Source: Dimorphilus gyrociliatus
Taxonomy: Eukaryota > Animalia > Annelida
NCBI GenBank assembly: GCA_904063045.1
Contig: CAJFCJ010000071.1
Coordinates: 56,245 to 120,244 of the forward strand
Direction of reading: 5' to 3'
Length of the DNA: 64,000 nt
Notes under the pieces: generated by a model
The model's database searches: none
What the model saw: only the letters and a program-made list of their open reading frames with translations
Told to the model about the DNA's origin: nothing
Position numbers and translations under genes: made by a program
In this document: positions 1 through 12,246 of the stretch, piece after piece
How positions within the stretch are numbered: position 1 is the first letter of the stretch
How the letters are laid out: every line of letters starts with the position of its first letter

Positions 1-59
1 TTCACAAGGAAATGATCTGGATTATCCTTGAAGAAAGAAACATTCTGGTTTTACCTGAC

Positions 60-1110
60 CATTTGATGCTAACTCTGCTCCTAAATTCCATAAAAATAAA
101 ATTCACAATCACCATGGACCCAGAATGACATTACAAATAATTACAAAGACTTTTGGCACCCAAAATTAAAGATTATGATTGAGAATTCAATAAAGGATTG
201 CACTTTGTGTGAACAAATGAATGGTAGGAGTAGAGTATACCTTTGGTAGAAACTTTCACCCTGCATCACCAATGGAGTTGGTAGCCATGGATATAATGGG
301 ACCTTACCATGGTTAAGTCATACAGATTCATACTTGTGATAGTGGATCATTTCAGTAGATACACAGTTTTATATGCACTCAAACAGCAAACCAGTAAAGA
401 AATTGCAAACTTCTTTTCAACAGATTTTTTCCCATTTTTGGAATTCCAAAACAAATGTTGACAGATCAAGGAAGAAACTTTGTTGGTAAAGCTTTTAAAG
501 AGTTTATGAAGGTATTAGGTATTGAGAAAATCCAAACAAGCTTATAGAAGCCAGAGCAATGGACTAGTTGAACGAAGAAATAGAGAAGTGAGGAAGGAAA
601 TCAATAAATTAGTGGTGGAAGAAAATCAGCATAACTGGGTTGCAAACTACCTTGATTCAAGCATTTTTGAATCAATCACCTGTAGGAAGTACAAGACTAC
701 ACCCAGGAACTTCTTTTTGGCACAGCCAAACACTGATTGATGTAACAATGCATACTACTCTCCTGAAACAAATGTACTATTTGTATTCAATCACCAGCAG
801 CAATTGTACAGTTAAGAGCTACAGCCTTCTGTAAATCCATCATGGCAAAAGAACAATATAGGGAAAGAAAGAATAGAAATCTCAATCTTCCAAATATTTT
901 GAGGTTGATGATGAAGTATTCTTAAGAAATGATGCTGCAAGAATTGCAATAACAAAAATCCTTCTTTAAAATGGTTAGGCCATACGAATAACAAAAGTCA
1001 ATCATCAAAAGTGGATATATGAAATACAAATGGATGATAATACATGCAAGTTGGTACATGGTAGCAGATTAAGACTAGCCAATGAATCTAATAAGTTGGA
1101 AACAGGGAAA
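60..1110 (+). pseudogene. Retroviral-type integrase (HHCC zinc finger, rve core, GPY/F-like C-terminus), frameshifted
   Basis: Across frames: IHNHHG...CTLCEQ, PMELVAMDIMGP, ILVIVDHFSRY, MLTDQGRNFV, YRSQSNGLVERRNR, FEVDDEVFLRN. Confidence 0.9.
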
Positions 1111-1214
1111 GAAGCAACAAAATCTTTCACCTTGTGGAGAAGGAAATAACACCTCCAATATTTTCTCAGGTAGAAGGAAGAAATGACTTCCAATTCGTTT
1201 GAAGAATCAAAAGG

Positions 1215-1582
1215 CAAGAAGTCATTGCCTTGTGTGACAAGGAGCATTGAGATCCTTTATTACTGAAAAGAAATCAAGTTAATGGATGTTACAATTATGG
1301 ATAAAGAACAATTGGCTTACAATTATAACTTCAGCTGATGGGAAAGCTTTAAAGCAAAAAGGAAGCGTAAAGCTGAATATCCAATTTGCTGGAGAAAGTA
1401 TGGAACAAGAATTTATAGTTATGGAAAATCTAGACATAGCAATAATACTTGGTTGTGATTTCCTACAAACTGTGGGAGCAAACCTCAATTTTGAAGCTAA
1501 ACAGTGTTCTCTCAAATTTGATAGAAGGAAAGGGAACCTGGCTGAAAGAATAAGGCAACCTCAACTAAACAAAGTCATATAG
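1215..1582 (+). pseudogene. Retropepsin-like aspartic protease located downstream of the integrase
   Basis: gccttgtgtgaca-aggagcattgagatcctttatt reads ALCD(T)GALRSFI with one base restored; ORF 1286-1582 has the flap region (ITSADGKALKQKG) and the C-terminal AIILGCDFL motif. Confidence 0.8.
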
Positions 1583-1830
1583 CCATGATGGGACAGCATG
1601 ACTCTTCATCAGAAAGTTCAGATAGTGATGACTCAGAGATGGAAGTTACTAATTCTGATACTGGTTATGACACAAGCAATACTTTCAAAACAGACAGTAA
1701 TTACAGTCTCAATGAACCTTCAAGCTCATCTGAAAGTGATGACACAGAAACAATAATGAACTGGATCAAAATACAGATTCAGAGGCAAACATTATCTCTG
1801 ATAGAGAAGATGAAATATCTAGTTCAGACA

Positions 1831-1937
1831 TGAGTCAATAATTATTGAAAGCGAAATTATTGATATAACCATTCGGATAATGAGTCAATAATTATTGAAG
1901 GTGAAATTATTGACATAACCCATTCGATAATGAGTCC
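1831..1937 (+). repeat. Tandem repeat of about 50-51 bp in the acidic linker between protease and env
   Basis: tgagtcaataattattgaa.. starts at 1831 and 1881, with a partial third unit at 1931. Confidence 0.9.
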
Positions 1938-2098
1938 CATAGTGGTAGATTCATCCAAGATGAGAAAGAAAATACAAGTGACACAGACAATGAGTCAGTC
2001 ATATTTTTAGATGAGACTAAAATCATCTCTGAACAATTAGATTCCCAACAAGAAGTGGAACCCAATATATAGAGTTAGAAGATGGAATAACTATCAGA

Positions 2099-4574
2099 GT
2101 GGAACAACAACACAAAATTTTCAACCATTCAACTATAGCCAACACAGGAAGAGCTAACATGAAACAGATGTTGTGGCTTCCACTAGTGATGACTGTAATG
2201 GTGATCTGTGGCTGCATCCACTCAATAACAGTCCCAAAACCATCCTACCAAGGTGCCCATGTTACAAGTGCAAACATTACCTTAACATTTAAACCACCGT
2301 TATACTTTTGTTCTAACCAACTACCAAGCCAGGCATTTGATCTAGCAGATGAGCCAACTTGTAATATAGAATCACAAGAAACCAAGACAATTACAGCTGA
2401 TATCTATGAATTGAACTTGGAAGAAATTGAAACAAGAGCAGTAAAATGTCAAGTGTATCTAAGAACTAATTTTTACACTTACTATTTCTTTGGAGCAAAG
2501 AAGAGGAGGATTGTTTAACTCAGTTATCAAGTAACTCATGATCAATGCAGACAGATGATAAAAGACAAACGATCTTTCAAGGAAAACCTTTAATGGTGAA
2601 AAGAAACACTTGGATCCACCAAGATCAGTTTCCTGCTGCCTACACATGGCCAACAACGACCAAGGTGCTGGAATACACCACAATTATCCAGTTTGGCAAA
2701 GCATATTGGCAACCTCCTAATATGAAAATTACAACTAATCTGGACTACTGAAGATTGTTTACCAGGGCAGTCCTATTGTGAAACAGAAGAGGCAATTATT
2801 GTCTTTAGGAACCTCAAGAATAATTACACACTTGGGCAACAATCACCATGGATAAAATTAGCAACAGAATTAGTTGTATCAAATTTGCTGGTCACTATTC
2901 TTGTCCAGGGTATTCTATTCTGGACATCCCTTATCAAGATAAGTTTATTGATGGAATTGGTGGTCCTGGAACAAAAGTACTAGTACCACTGGAGGAACAG
3001 AGTTTTAATACAGGAAACAAGCAAGGAACACCTATACAATTTGCTACAATATCAGAAGATTGGCAAAAATGAAGAAAAACGACTATTAAACTATCCAATA
3101 AAGTGAAAGAACAAATTATACTATACAAGCGAAACAACCCCTTACCAAGTCTTAACCAATGGTACAGAGAAACAAACACAAAGTATAAACTAATGAGAAA
3201 TAAAGGCACACTCAAGGAAGTTGTGATATATCATCTACAACAACCCATTAGTCCATCTTACTGGGAGCTGGATAACTATTATATCCAAGAAATGCTGCAA
3301 GCAGTCAATTGGACAAGGGCAACAAGACAATCTGTTACGATTTCAAATATGTATACAGTGAGAAAAGAATCAAAAAGAAGGTATTACCAACATTGGGCAT
3401 ATGGTATAAAGGACCACCAGCCAGAGAATTTAAGATTACCTATGAAGGAATTTATTTTACTCTACACATGAGAATGGCTAAAAAGCAGATGAAGAAGGAA
3501 GCAAAACTGAAACATAAGATAAGTAAAAACCCATACCACAAATTCCCATTGGAAATGAGAGAAGCTGCCCAAACATCTACCTTACTACATGGTATTGATT
3601 CAAATTTTAAGAATTTAAAAAAGTTTACCCAACAGCTGTCAAGTCTTCTCTGCAATCAATTTGTTCAAAGAAGCAGAATGATGGCATTACTAGCAAATTT
3701 GGATCCTCAATTGACCACAGTGTTAACAAATGAGTTGGGAATGCACAGTAGTCAGATGGGAGAATTAGCTATAATTAAACAATGTTCACCAATAGCCTCA
3801 ACAGAAGTAGTTTGTGACTTAAGCATGATAAAAAAGAATAACAAATGTTCTCAATTTTTACTTGTCACCATGAACAACCTGCTTTTCCAAGTAGAACCAG
3901 TTACTCATGTTTTACAGCAAGTCAATCCTGAAGAGATTACCTATAATGAGTGTAAGTCTAACAAGTTATTCTACAAAACAACTCACAACCCATTAAATCC
4001 TATAAGAAACCAACCAATGAAAGACAAAACGTATGTGTATTATTCAGAAAGAGGATGCAGATTTCACACTGTGTCTGCAAAATCCATGCAGTTACATATC
4101 CACAATCACCTTTCTGAACCAAAAATTGAAATTGCCAGATTAGCTGATCTACTCCACCATGGGGTAAAGAAGGATATTGCATACCAGCACTCAAAAATTA
4201 AGCAAGTTATCAGTTCACTGGAACAGAAGCAGGCAAGGTATGATAACATGGTCACTGTTGCAGAGAAAAATGGCATTGTACCCAATTTATCTGGAATTAA
4301 ACAGTTTTTCCATAGTTGGTACTATAAACCTGGGAAAACACTTTATGTTATCATACGAAATATTTGTTTGAGTATTGTAGTGTCAATGGTATGTATCATC
4401 ATTTTCAACTATATTATTGGAAGAAGAAAACAAAGAGAAGAAATTGCTACCCCAAGTGAGAGCACAGATAACTCTCCTGAAAACCCAAAACTAATGAAAC
4501 AAAGTTGTAGCTTTAGTCAACATCAAACTAATGAAGAAGAACAACCACCTGTAATTCTCATTAAATCAAGATGA
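2099..4574 (+). pseudogene. env: Envelope glycoprotein, probably a class III (herpes gB / Mononegavirales G-like) fusogen, split by several frameshifts
   Basis: Signal peptide MKQMLWLPLVMTVMVICGCIHS (ATG 2159), Cys-rich ectodomain, LCNQ...LANLDPQ...QMGELAIIKQCSPI motif, C-terminal TM helix ICLSIVVSMVCIIIFNYII followed by RRK, position between pol and PPT. Confidence 0.75.
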
Positions 4575-4590
4575 AGGGACTCATCTTCAC

Positions 4591-4604
4591 AAAGAAGGGG
4601 GAAG
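4591..4604 (+). promoter_or_regulatory. Polypurine tract (plus-strand primer)
   Basis: aaagaagggggaag immediately 5' of the LTR start tgtacaac. Confidence 0.9.
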
Positions 4605-4605
4605 T

Positions 4606-5240
4606 TGTACAACTTTGGTTATATTTTACATGCTTGAACTCTATTATTTTATGCAACATATACATGTACATCTTAAAACCTACGCAAGAAAATGCTAAAA
4701 CATTGGCCAAACATAAGTCTGATTAGTCAGCTTGAAGGTTCATCTTTAATTACCAATAAAGGTTTGGCCAAGTTATAATTTAATTAACTTGCCTAGGGTG
4801 TGGCCAAGTTATAATTCAATTAACCTTCCTAAATGTTGAACCTTGTAACATCCTGTTACTAAAGATAAATATGAACTACACATTTTGGCAACTGTAAAGT
4901 GATGATTGGATGTCAGAGACAAACCTCAAAGTATATAAATCCTTATTATTCTCATTTGGCATGCAGCTTCCATCTGGACCCAAGGACCTGGGAAAATCAT
5001 CTGGAAACAACCTCCACTGGAACCATCCATCTACTCCTCAACATTGGAAGACAGTTTGGTAATTTGGCAACCTGCTATTACAAACTATCTACTCTGCTAT
5101 TGAACTCTCATATTGTTACTTGCTTAAGTATTATTATTGCGAATAAACCATTTTAATTTAAACATTTGTTTAAAGGTTCGAGTAGAACCAGTATTGTTAT
5201 AACTTGCAAACGCATAGATTTTGCCAGCAAGAGCAGTACA
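4606..5240 (+). repeat. 3' LTR, 635 bp
   Basis: Begins tgtac, ends gtaca; same length as and near-identical to the solo LTR at 15995-16629; followed by ctag. Confidence 0.95.
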
Positions 5241-6126
5241 CTAGACTTAAATAGACTTGGCTGTAGGCCTTCTAGAATATTGAATTGAATAGTAAGAATT
5301 CTTTTATTTCATCATATTTCTAATTGAGTTTTTGTACCAAAAATTAAAAGTCTAATTAAAATGTTAATATTTTATAAGACCATTTTATTGAAAATGGAAA
5401 CATGTAGAGTTTTTATGTGGAGACAATTTGGTACAAATTAACAAGTCTTTTAGGGATTTATCAAACATTTACTACTTTTGAGATGACCTTTGGCCTTGTC
5501 CTATTAAAATTGTTGCATTTTATGCAACTCATAACAAAAATTCAAAGAGTCACATTCTACTCTTTTGAGGTACTTACAAAGAAAATTTTGCAGAAGAAAA
5601 AATATTATTGTTTATATTTTGGTACTTTGTTGTATTGTAATTGTACGAATTTCGGCTTCTTCTGAACATGCATTTTTTCTATATTGTTTGTTCCATTGTT
5701 AATTCCATAGTGGCACCATCCGTCAAAGAATCTATTTCCTACGAAATAAAAGTCTTTCTAAAGCTCCACAATTATAATTCCTATTAAATAAAAGCCTTTC
5801 TAAAGTTCTATTGTATCTGAAGTCTAAATATCATTATGTTATTAATATTCAAATTTTATTACTTTTTTTTAAATTAATATTTATCTTGACAAGTTAAAGA
5901 CTATTTATTGTGACAAGTAGGGCTTTATTAAACTTAATGTCTTTTCTAATTAGTACAAACTAGATCAATTGTATCTATTGGTGTGAAACTACCAACTTTT
6001 TCAACTGATGACTACTATTTTCTTAGCGTTTTAGTAAAGTAGTTTAAGTTTTCTAAATTATACAGAATATAATGAATAGGCGTTGAAATGCATTCCAATT
6101 GCCTCTACAGTGTCCAGTTCTTAAAA

Positions 6127-7635
6127 ATGGCTACAGACAGCTTGCAAAAAATATCACTAAGGTGTATAAGGAATAATTTATCATTATTGAGTAAATTATG
6201 TAAGGAAAACTCACAAGTTTTACCTCCTGGAATTGGAAATATGATTTTCAGTTTTGTAAAGCAAGATTTGACTCCATTATCTGAGAATGAACTTAACTTT
6301 TTTCATCAGACATTTTACAGTTAACAGACATTTTAAAAAAAAACAAGGTTCCTGATGTAATTTTGGCAATATTTTTAAACAGTCATCCCCTGAAATCTCT
6401 ATCATTGAAATATTTTCGTAATGTGCATGAAATACGGATGTGGTAGAAAACGGCCATAAATCTATGGTTTTACCCTAACCCTAACCCAGGCCTTGTTTTT
6501 GCCTAACCTTTTTGAATAGCCCTAACCCTTAGATGGGACCCTCCTAAGAACATATCAACAGTTATCTTATTCCTCCTAACCATTTCCCAGGCTGAAATCT
6601 AACTTTCAAATATTTCATTTATGGCCGTTTTCGACTGGTCCCATGAAATACCTATTAGTGGCACTCTTGAAGCACTTAAGTGGGAGGACTGCAGTTCATA
6701 CATATTTTTCAAACATGCCCAAAAGAATATTTTAAATTCTGGAAATATTTGTAACCTAAAATCTATCGATATAAATTGTTCTCTCAACAGAATATTTGAT
6801 AATTTCAATGTGCTTATAAAATTGTTAGAATCTTCTGCAGCATCTCTTGAAAAATTTACATACATTGATGCTACTCTAGGATATTCTGAAATTGAAAAAT
6901 TAGGCAATATATTGACAACTTGTACTTCATTAATTGAAATTAATTTTGTATTTAGCAATTCTGTAAAAAATTTTGCAAATCTATTAGATGGTCTAACTTC
7001 AACTTCAAACAAACTTCAAAGGATTCATTTTAAGTCTTGCTTCTTTGAGCCATGTACAAGATTCTGTTTCGCTTGTATCACGGAATTGTAGGCAATTCTG
7101 TTTACATTTTATTTTGGTTACTCTTTGTTTCTCTCACACCGTTCTGTTACACTCACTGACTCATACTGACACATAACATGTAATGTTCTGTTCAAGCCAT
7201 ATGACCAAGTTATATTAAGTGATTTACTAAATGAATGTTTATCACTACAAGAATTTTCTCTAAGTGATTTAATAATAGATAAAAGAGCATTTAGAAAAAT
7301 ATGTAAAGTATTACAAAAATCATCACAATCTCTTAGAAAAATTGACTTTGCTAAGAGTAGATTGAATGAGGATGATTCTGTTCCTTTGATGGATTTACTT
7401 ACAGAATGTAGATTTTTGGAGAAAATCAATTTAAGTGATAATAACTTTTCTGAAGCAGATTTCAGATTTTTGAATTTTGAATTGTTTAACATCACCTTCA
7501 AAAAGTCTGTCATCAATGGCATTTTCATGTTGTTTCTCAAAGAATGAAAATGATAATCCTTTACTAAATTTACTTATAAACTGTTTTGCACTAAAAAAAA
7601 CCATTCTGAAGAATAACAATTTGAATGAAAGAGAT
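6127..7635 (+). pseudogene. BC-box/Cul2-box (VHL-box-like) plus RI-like LRR gene of ZYG-11/ZER1/PRAME-like architecture, disrupted by a MITE and frameshifts; runs into the assembly gap
   Basis: MATDSLQKISLRCIRNNL (BC-box-like), VLPPGIGNMIF (Cul2-box-like), then LxxLxLxxN/C repeats (LEKINLSDNNF, LRKLTLLR); removing the MITE restores YFRNVHEIPISG. Confidence 0.7.
6436..6642 (+). mobile_element. 207-bp MULE-type MITE with telomere-like CCCTAA repeats
   Basis: Subterminal inverted repeat gaaaacggccataaat/atttatggccgttttc; perfect 9-bp TSD atgaaatac at 6427-6435 and 6643-6651. Confidence 0.93.
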
Positions 7636-7822
7636 NNNNNNNNNNNNNNNNNNNNNNNNNNNNNNNNNNNNNNNNNNNNNNNNNNNNNNNNNNNNNNNNN
7701 NNNNNNNNNNNNNNNNNNNNNNNNNNNNNNNNNNNNNNNNNNNNNNNNNNNNNNNNNNNNNNNNNNNNNNNNNNNNNNNNNNNNNNNNNNNNNNNNNNNN
7801 NNNNNNNNNNNNNNNNNNNNNN
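7636..7822. other. Assembly gap (187 N)
   Basis: Run of N; next to a 58-bp direct repeat (units at 7845 and 7903). Confidence 0.99.
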
Positions 7823-8800
7823 TATCTTTCCTTTCCTACTTCCTCCTTCTATTATTTGAAAACTATCAACATTTTCAGCATCAGAACTGACTTCCTGACT
7901 TTCCTTCTATTATTTGAAAACTATCAACATTTTCAGCATCAGAACTGACTTCCTGACTTTTATTGAATGAAATTTCATCATGTACATCAATTCTTCTTTC
8001 TTGATCATTATCTGATGAATGACTTCTTCCTTCCTCATTTTCCACAAAGTTATTTTCAAAATCAAATGATAATGTTAACTGTAAGCAGAATTTCATGTTA
8101 ATAATTGAAGAAAGATTAAGTTTAATACATCACCTGATTTTCTTCCTGAAAGGTTTTATTAACAGTAGACATATGTTTAGGACTACTTTTATCAAATCCA
8201 TTTTCTTCCATCATTTGATCTACTCTTCTTATTCTGATAACAACTTGTTGTTTTGTAATATTGAAACAATCAACACAATAATCAGCATCTGCTTTATAAA
8301 AAAATTCATTGAAATAAATGAAAAAAAATAAATTTGATTACCTTTTGAGCACTTTTGGTGATAAAAGTGTTTACATAATTTGCATCTTATTTTTTGCTGA
8401 TTCCAATAAAATTTCCTCATACAACACCAACAGGTTTTTAAATTCATTTTTACACCAATCAATTCAATAGTTAAACCAATCTCTGTAAAGTATCATTCAA
8501 AATAATAAAAATTCATTTAATTCAAAAGACTTTTCCTTCAGAGGAACAGGAAATAGATTTGTAAAAAAAACTGGTAACAGTAACATTAATGAGGTATGTT
8601 TTGCTGAGAATATCAAAGATATAAAAATAACAGTAAAATAACAAATAACAAAATGTAATAAGTAGAACATCACTCTTTCCCTACTGAAGGGTCAATCAAT
8701 CTTGAAAGGGATAAAGTATCCCTGAAATGGGGCGAACTGTCCCCCAAAATGGGGCGAACTGTCCTGGGGCGAACTGTCCAGGGGCGAACTGTCCTGACCC
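7823..8800 (-). mobile_element. 5' end of a MULE-like DNA transposon (family with GGGGCGAACTGTCC subterminal repeats) carrying a PHD-finger exon pair and acidic linker
   Basis: Four tandem ggggcgaactgtcc motifs ending in tgaccc at 8800; minus strand CWCC...CKLCKHFYHQKC, GT-AG intron, DYCVDC. Confidence 0.75.
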
Positions 8801-9559
8801 TGTGTATAGTAAGATAGTTTAAGAATAAAATATAACTAAAGTTGTCCAATACCAACTAAAAGCAAATTTTTTTATTAAAAATAGCTATTAAATTTTTAAA
8901 AATGGTTTCAATTGGAAGATTACAAATTCTTCTTGTTTTTCAATCTCTAGCCATTTTATTCAATTCAATAAAACCAGGTTTTTTTTATCTTTTAATATTG
9001 AAAAATTGCTTATCTATTTTTTATCTTTTGAAGTATTATGAGTTTATATCATTCAAAGAGTTGTTATTAGATAATCAAACTCCTAAATGGCCTACTGGTC
9101 AAATTGTGAAAGTTCCTGTGTTGAGAAATGCTAGATACTATGCCATAAACTTTGACATTTTAAGTATTTCAAATGGCGACTTTAATACAAATAGGTTTGT
9201 GCAAAAAGAGTCTTTTTTATCATTTGTCATTATATTGCCAGATCATCTTTCATCTTCTTTAATTTTTTTTTTCTACAAGAATCCAAAGTGTTTGTCTAAA
9301 GTTTACACAAAACCTTTAATCTAAAGTCTGAATATTGATATATCATTATTCCTACAACAATTTTGACAACAATACAACAGTTGCAGGCTTTAATCAAATA
9401 ATGGCAGTTGAAATTTTAACAACATTTATAGATGTACATAGAGCAATAAGTTTGAGAGATTGTGAAAGAATTTGCCTATCTCTGAAGCTAGTTGTGTGTA
9501 CTTTTCTTATGATTTTGCTGACACATACTGTGTAGGCCTAACAACAGTAATTGTTTACA

Positions 9560-9720
9560 TAGAAATGCTTCTGCAACAAATTCAGTATATAGAAGATTGG
9601 AAGGTTATCATCAAAGGCTCAATAAAATTGTTGGAGAAAATGTTTCTTTTTATTTAGAGATTGATGAGTTAAAGAGGGAGGCAGACATGATCTGGATTTT
9701 GAAAAATTTTAAAAAAGGTT
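9560..9720 (+). mobile_element. Decayed MULE transposase C-terminal fragment
   Basis: Reads RLEGYHQRLNKIVGENVSFYLEIDELKREADMI, matching the NNDLEGWH...LIDELKREA region of other copies here. Confidence 0.7.
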
Positions 9721-9984
9721 AAATTAATGCAAAACAGCTTTTGGAGCTGATATTAATAAACTTCACTTGAAAACACTGGTCATTCATTGTAAAACTTGAA
9801 AAAAAGTTTCTTTGTTTTATAGTTATTTACAAATAATCAATACACAATTTATTTTGTAAACCCAAAGTTCCATATTATAAAAATTTTTCTAATAATTTGT
9901 TTTTCAACATATATTAACATTTAAATGAAATTTATTTTAAGTTTTGTTTTCTTTCAGTTCATGAACATTTTCTGTCAACCTCAT

Positions 9985-10270
9985 TTTAACCTGCTGAAGA
10001 AGTTTACAGTCCATCACAAATCATTTTAAAGCCATCTCCCATGTTTGGATTATGACATAATTCTATATTTTCTAATGAAGAACAGTGATTAAAAGCTTCT
10101 CCAAGTGTTATTGCTTGTTTAACATTCAACTCACACCAAGAAAAATTTACGTTGAATAGATTGTCTGATTGTAAATGTAAACCTAGCTGTTTAAATACAG
10201 ATGCTTGCTCTGAGATGTTTCCTATATCTCTTCTATAATAGTTGAGTGATAAAATTTTTAATGAATTCTT
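9985..10270 (-). pseudogene. RI-like LRR gene remnant of the same family as 35.8-38.8 kb and 46.1-46.9 kb
   Basis: Minus strand KNSLKILSLN...VNFSWCELNVKQAITLGEAFNHCSSLENIELCHNPNMGDGFKMICDGL*. Confidence 0.75.
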
Positions 10271-10869
10271 AATTTTAGTTCTTTTTCTGATTTATCTACT
10301 AAATTAAAACAGTAAAAATAAATAAAATAAAAAATAAAAAGTTTTTCTATGAAAACCTTCAGACAACTCTTTAAAATAATAAAAATATACTTTTCAATTC
10401 ATATTTTTGATAGAATATAAAAATATATGATACCTAGCAAAAAACAAGTGTCAACATATATTCCTCAACACTATTCTACAGTAGTATTCATTGAACTAGT
10501 ATTTATCAGTGTGTTAATAGCTACTTTTGTTTAGGGCCATATGTATATAATTTTCAGTTACATATTTTATTAAGTTATTGACAAACGTCATTATGTCCAT
10601 TAAAGAAAACTGGTATTATCCATTTGGCAAAAGAAGATTTTACTGAAAGAGTAGTTATTTGAAGTTTATCTTAATTAAGAAAGATAGGGTTATTTCATTT
10701 CATGAAAAGATTTAATAATTTTTGAATATTAGTAAATAGTTGAATAGATGTGCAAATGTATCCTTGGAGGATTGAATTCTACCTCAATATATCTGAAGTT
10801 GAGTGTAAAATCTATATTATGTATTTTCCCTAACCCTAAATTGAATAATTATATTTCCACAATAGATGT

Positions 10870-11130
10870 TGTACAACTTTGGTTAAATTTTACATGCTTG
10901 ATTATTTTATGCAACTTATACTTGTACTTCTTAAAACCTATGCAAGAAAATGCTACAACATTGGCCAAACACATGTCTGATTAGTCAGCTTGAAGGCTCA
11001 TCTTTAATTACCAATAAAGGTTTGGCCAAGTTATAATCTAATTAGCCTTCCTAAATGTTGAACCTTGTAACATTCTGTTACTAAACATAAATATGAACTA
11101 CACATTTTGGCAACTGTAAAGTGTTGATCA
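10870..11130 (+). repeat. Truncated LTR (5' portion, internal deletion) of the Gypsy family
   Basis: Starts tgtacaactttggtt and aligns by eye to 4606-4900. Confidence 0.9.
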
Positions 11131-12246
11131 ACTTTCCACCTAATTTTTGTTTTTAGAAAAATTTTAGAAAACTTTGCAATTACATTATAATTTAAAAATT
11201 TTGTATATATTTAACAAACTCATTTGAAATTAATGAATGACATAGAATAAGTTGAAAATGCCAACAAAATACACTAGACAATAGACAATAACAGTTTTAA
11301 CATTTGCCATGTTCTCTCTTTCCCAAGTCAAATGAAATTAAATTATAACTCTGCTGTGGCAATATAAATAATTAATTAACTTACAATATTCTATAATGAA
11401 ATTAAAAATGAATCTTATCAGAGATTGTTAAACATTTCTAGTTGTGAAATATTCAATAGTTCTTTTTTTCAAAAATGTCATATTTTTATGATTCTTTGAA
11501 TATTCAAACTAGGCCTATATTAATTCTTAACCTATGTAACATTTAGTAACGCAATCCATAGAAAGCATAGTATTGTGTCAAGTATAATTTTTTACCTTGA
11601 TGCTGAGGATTTTCTAATTGTTACACAATAATGATAAAAATGATAAAATGTTTTAGGGCAACAGTGACTAGAGTGAAAGAATGAAATATTGGACAGATGC
11701 CAAAAGCATTCAATATACAAATATTAATAAGAAGGTTAATCAATATTCAAATAATCATTCAAACATAATTTTGGATAGGTTTGTCAATTATTCTTTCACT
11801 CAATGGCTTCTAGAGTTCTAATAAATTCAAATATTAATGGGAATGGAATAAAAACCCTATTAGTATGTTTAATGCAGCATCTATTTTCAATATATTCCTA
11901 CTTATTGATTTTATAACAGTTTTTTTTTCTATTTTCATTTAAACTTAAATTCAAATTTATTTCTAGAAATTTTTTTTTAATTTGTTGAAAAATGAAGTGG
12001 CAGCCATTTCAAAAGTGGAAGTGGCAGAAACAAACTTTCAGTTTTAGAAAGGCATAAACTACTTTTACATATCAGACACAGTCCAAACTGGAGATAAAAT
12101 GGCCCTTAACTCAGATTCAGCAATATTTCATAAGGTACTAATGTACAAGGCTCTGGACAGTTCAGCCTACTTTTGGACATTCATAACCCTGTTTGTATTG
12201 AAATTTCCCTAATTCATCAACAAAAATATATTAGCCACTATTTTTT

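Larger units (their letters stand above)
1..5240 (+). mobile_element. 3' part of an env-bearing Ty3/Gypsy-like LTR retrotransposon (integrase - aspartic protease - acidic linker - envelope glycoprotein - PPT - 3' LTR); the 5' part lies outside the window
   Basis: Integrase motifs, Env-like ORF with signal peptide and TM helix, polypurine tract at 4591-4604 directly before a TG...CA LTR whose near-identical solo copy sits at 15995-16629. Confidence 0.92.

Noticed and set aside
4899-5156. 85-aa ORF repeated at 16079 and 44712
   Set aside because: Lies inside the LTR; recurrence reflects LTR copies, and there is no protein motif or independent sign of coding
6470-6535. CCCTAA repeats as a true telomere or chromosome fusion site
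   Set aside because: Only 2-3 perfect units, always inside the 207-bp MITE with TIRs and TSDs
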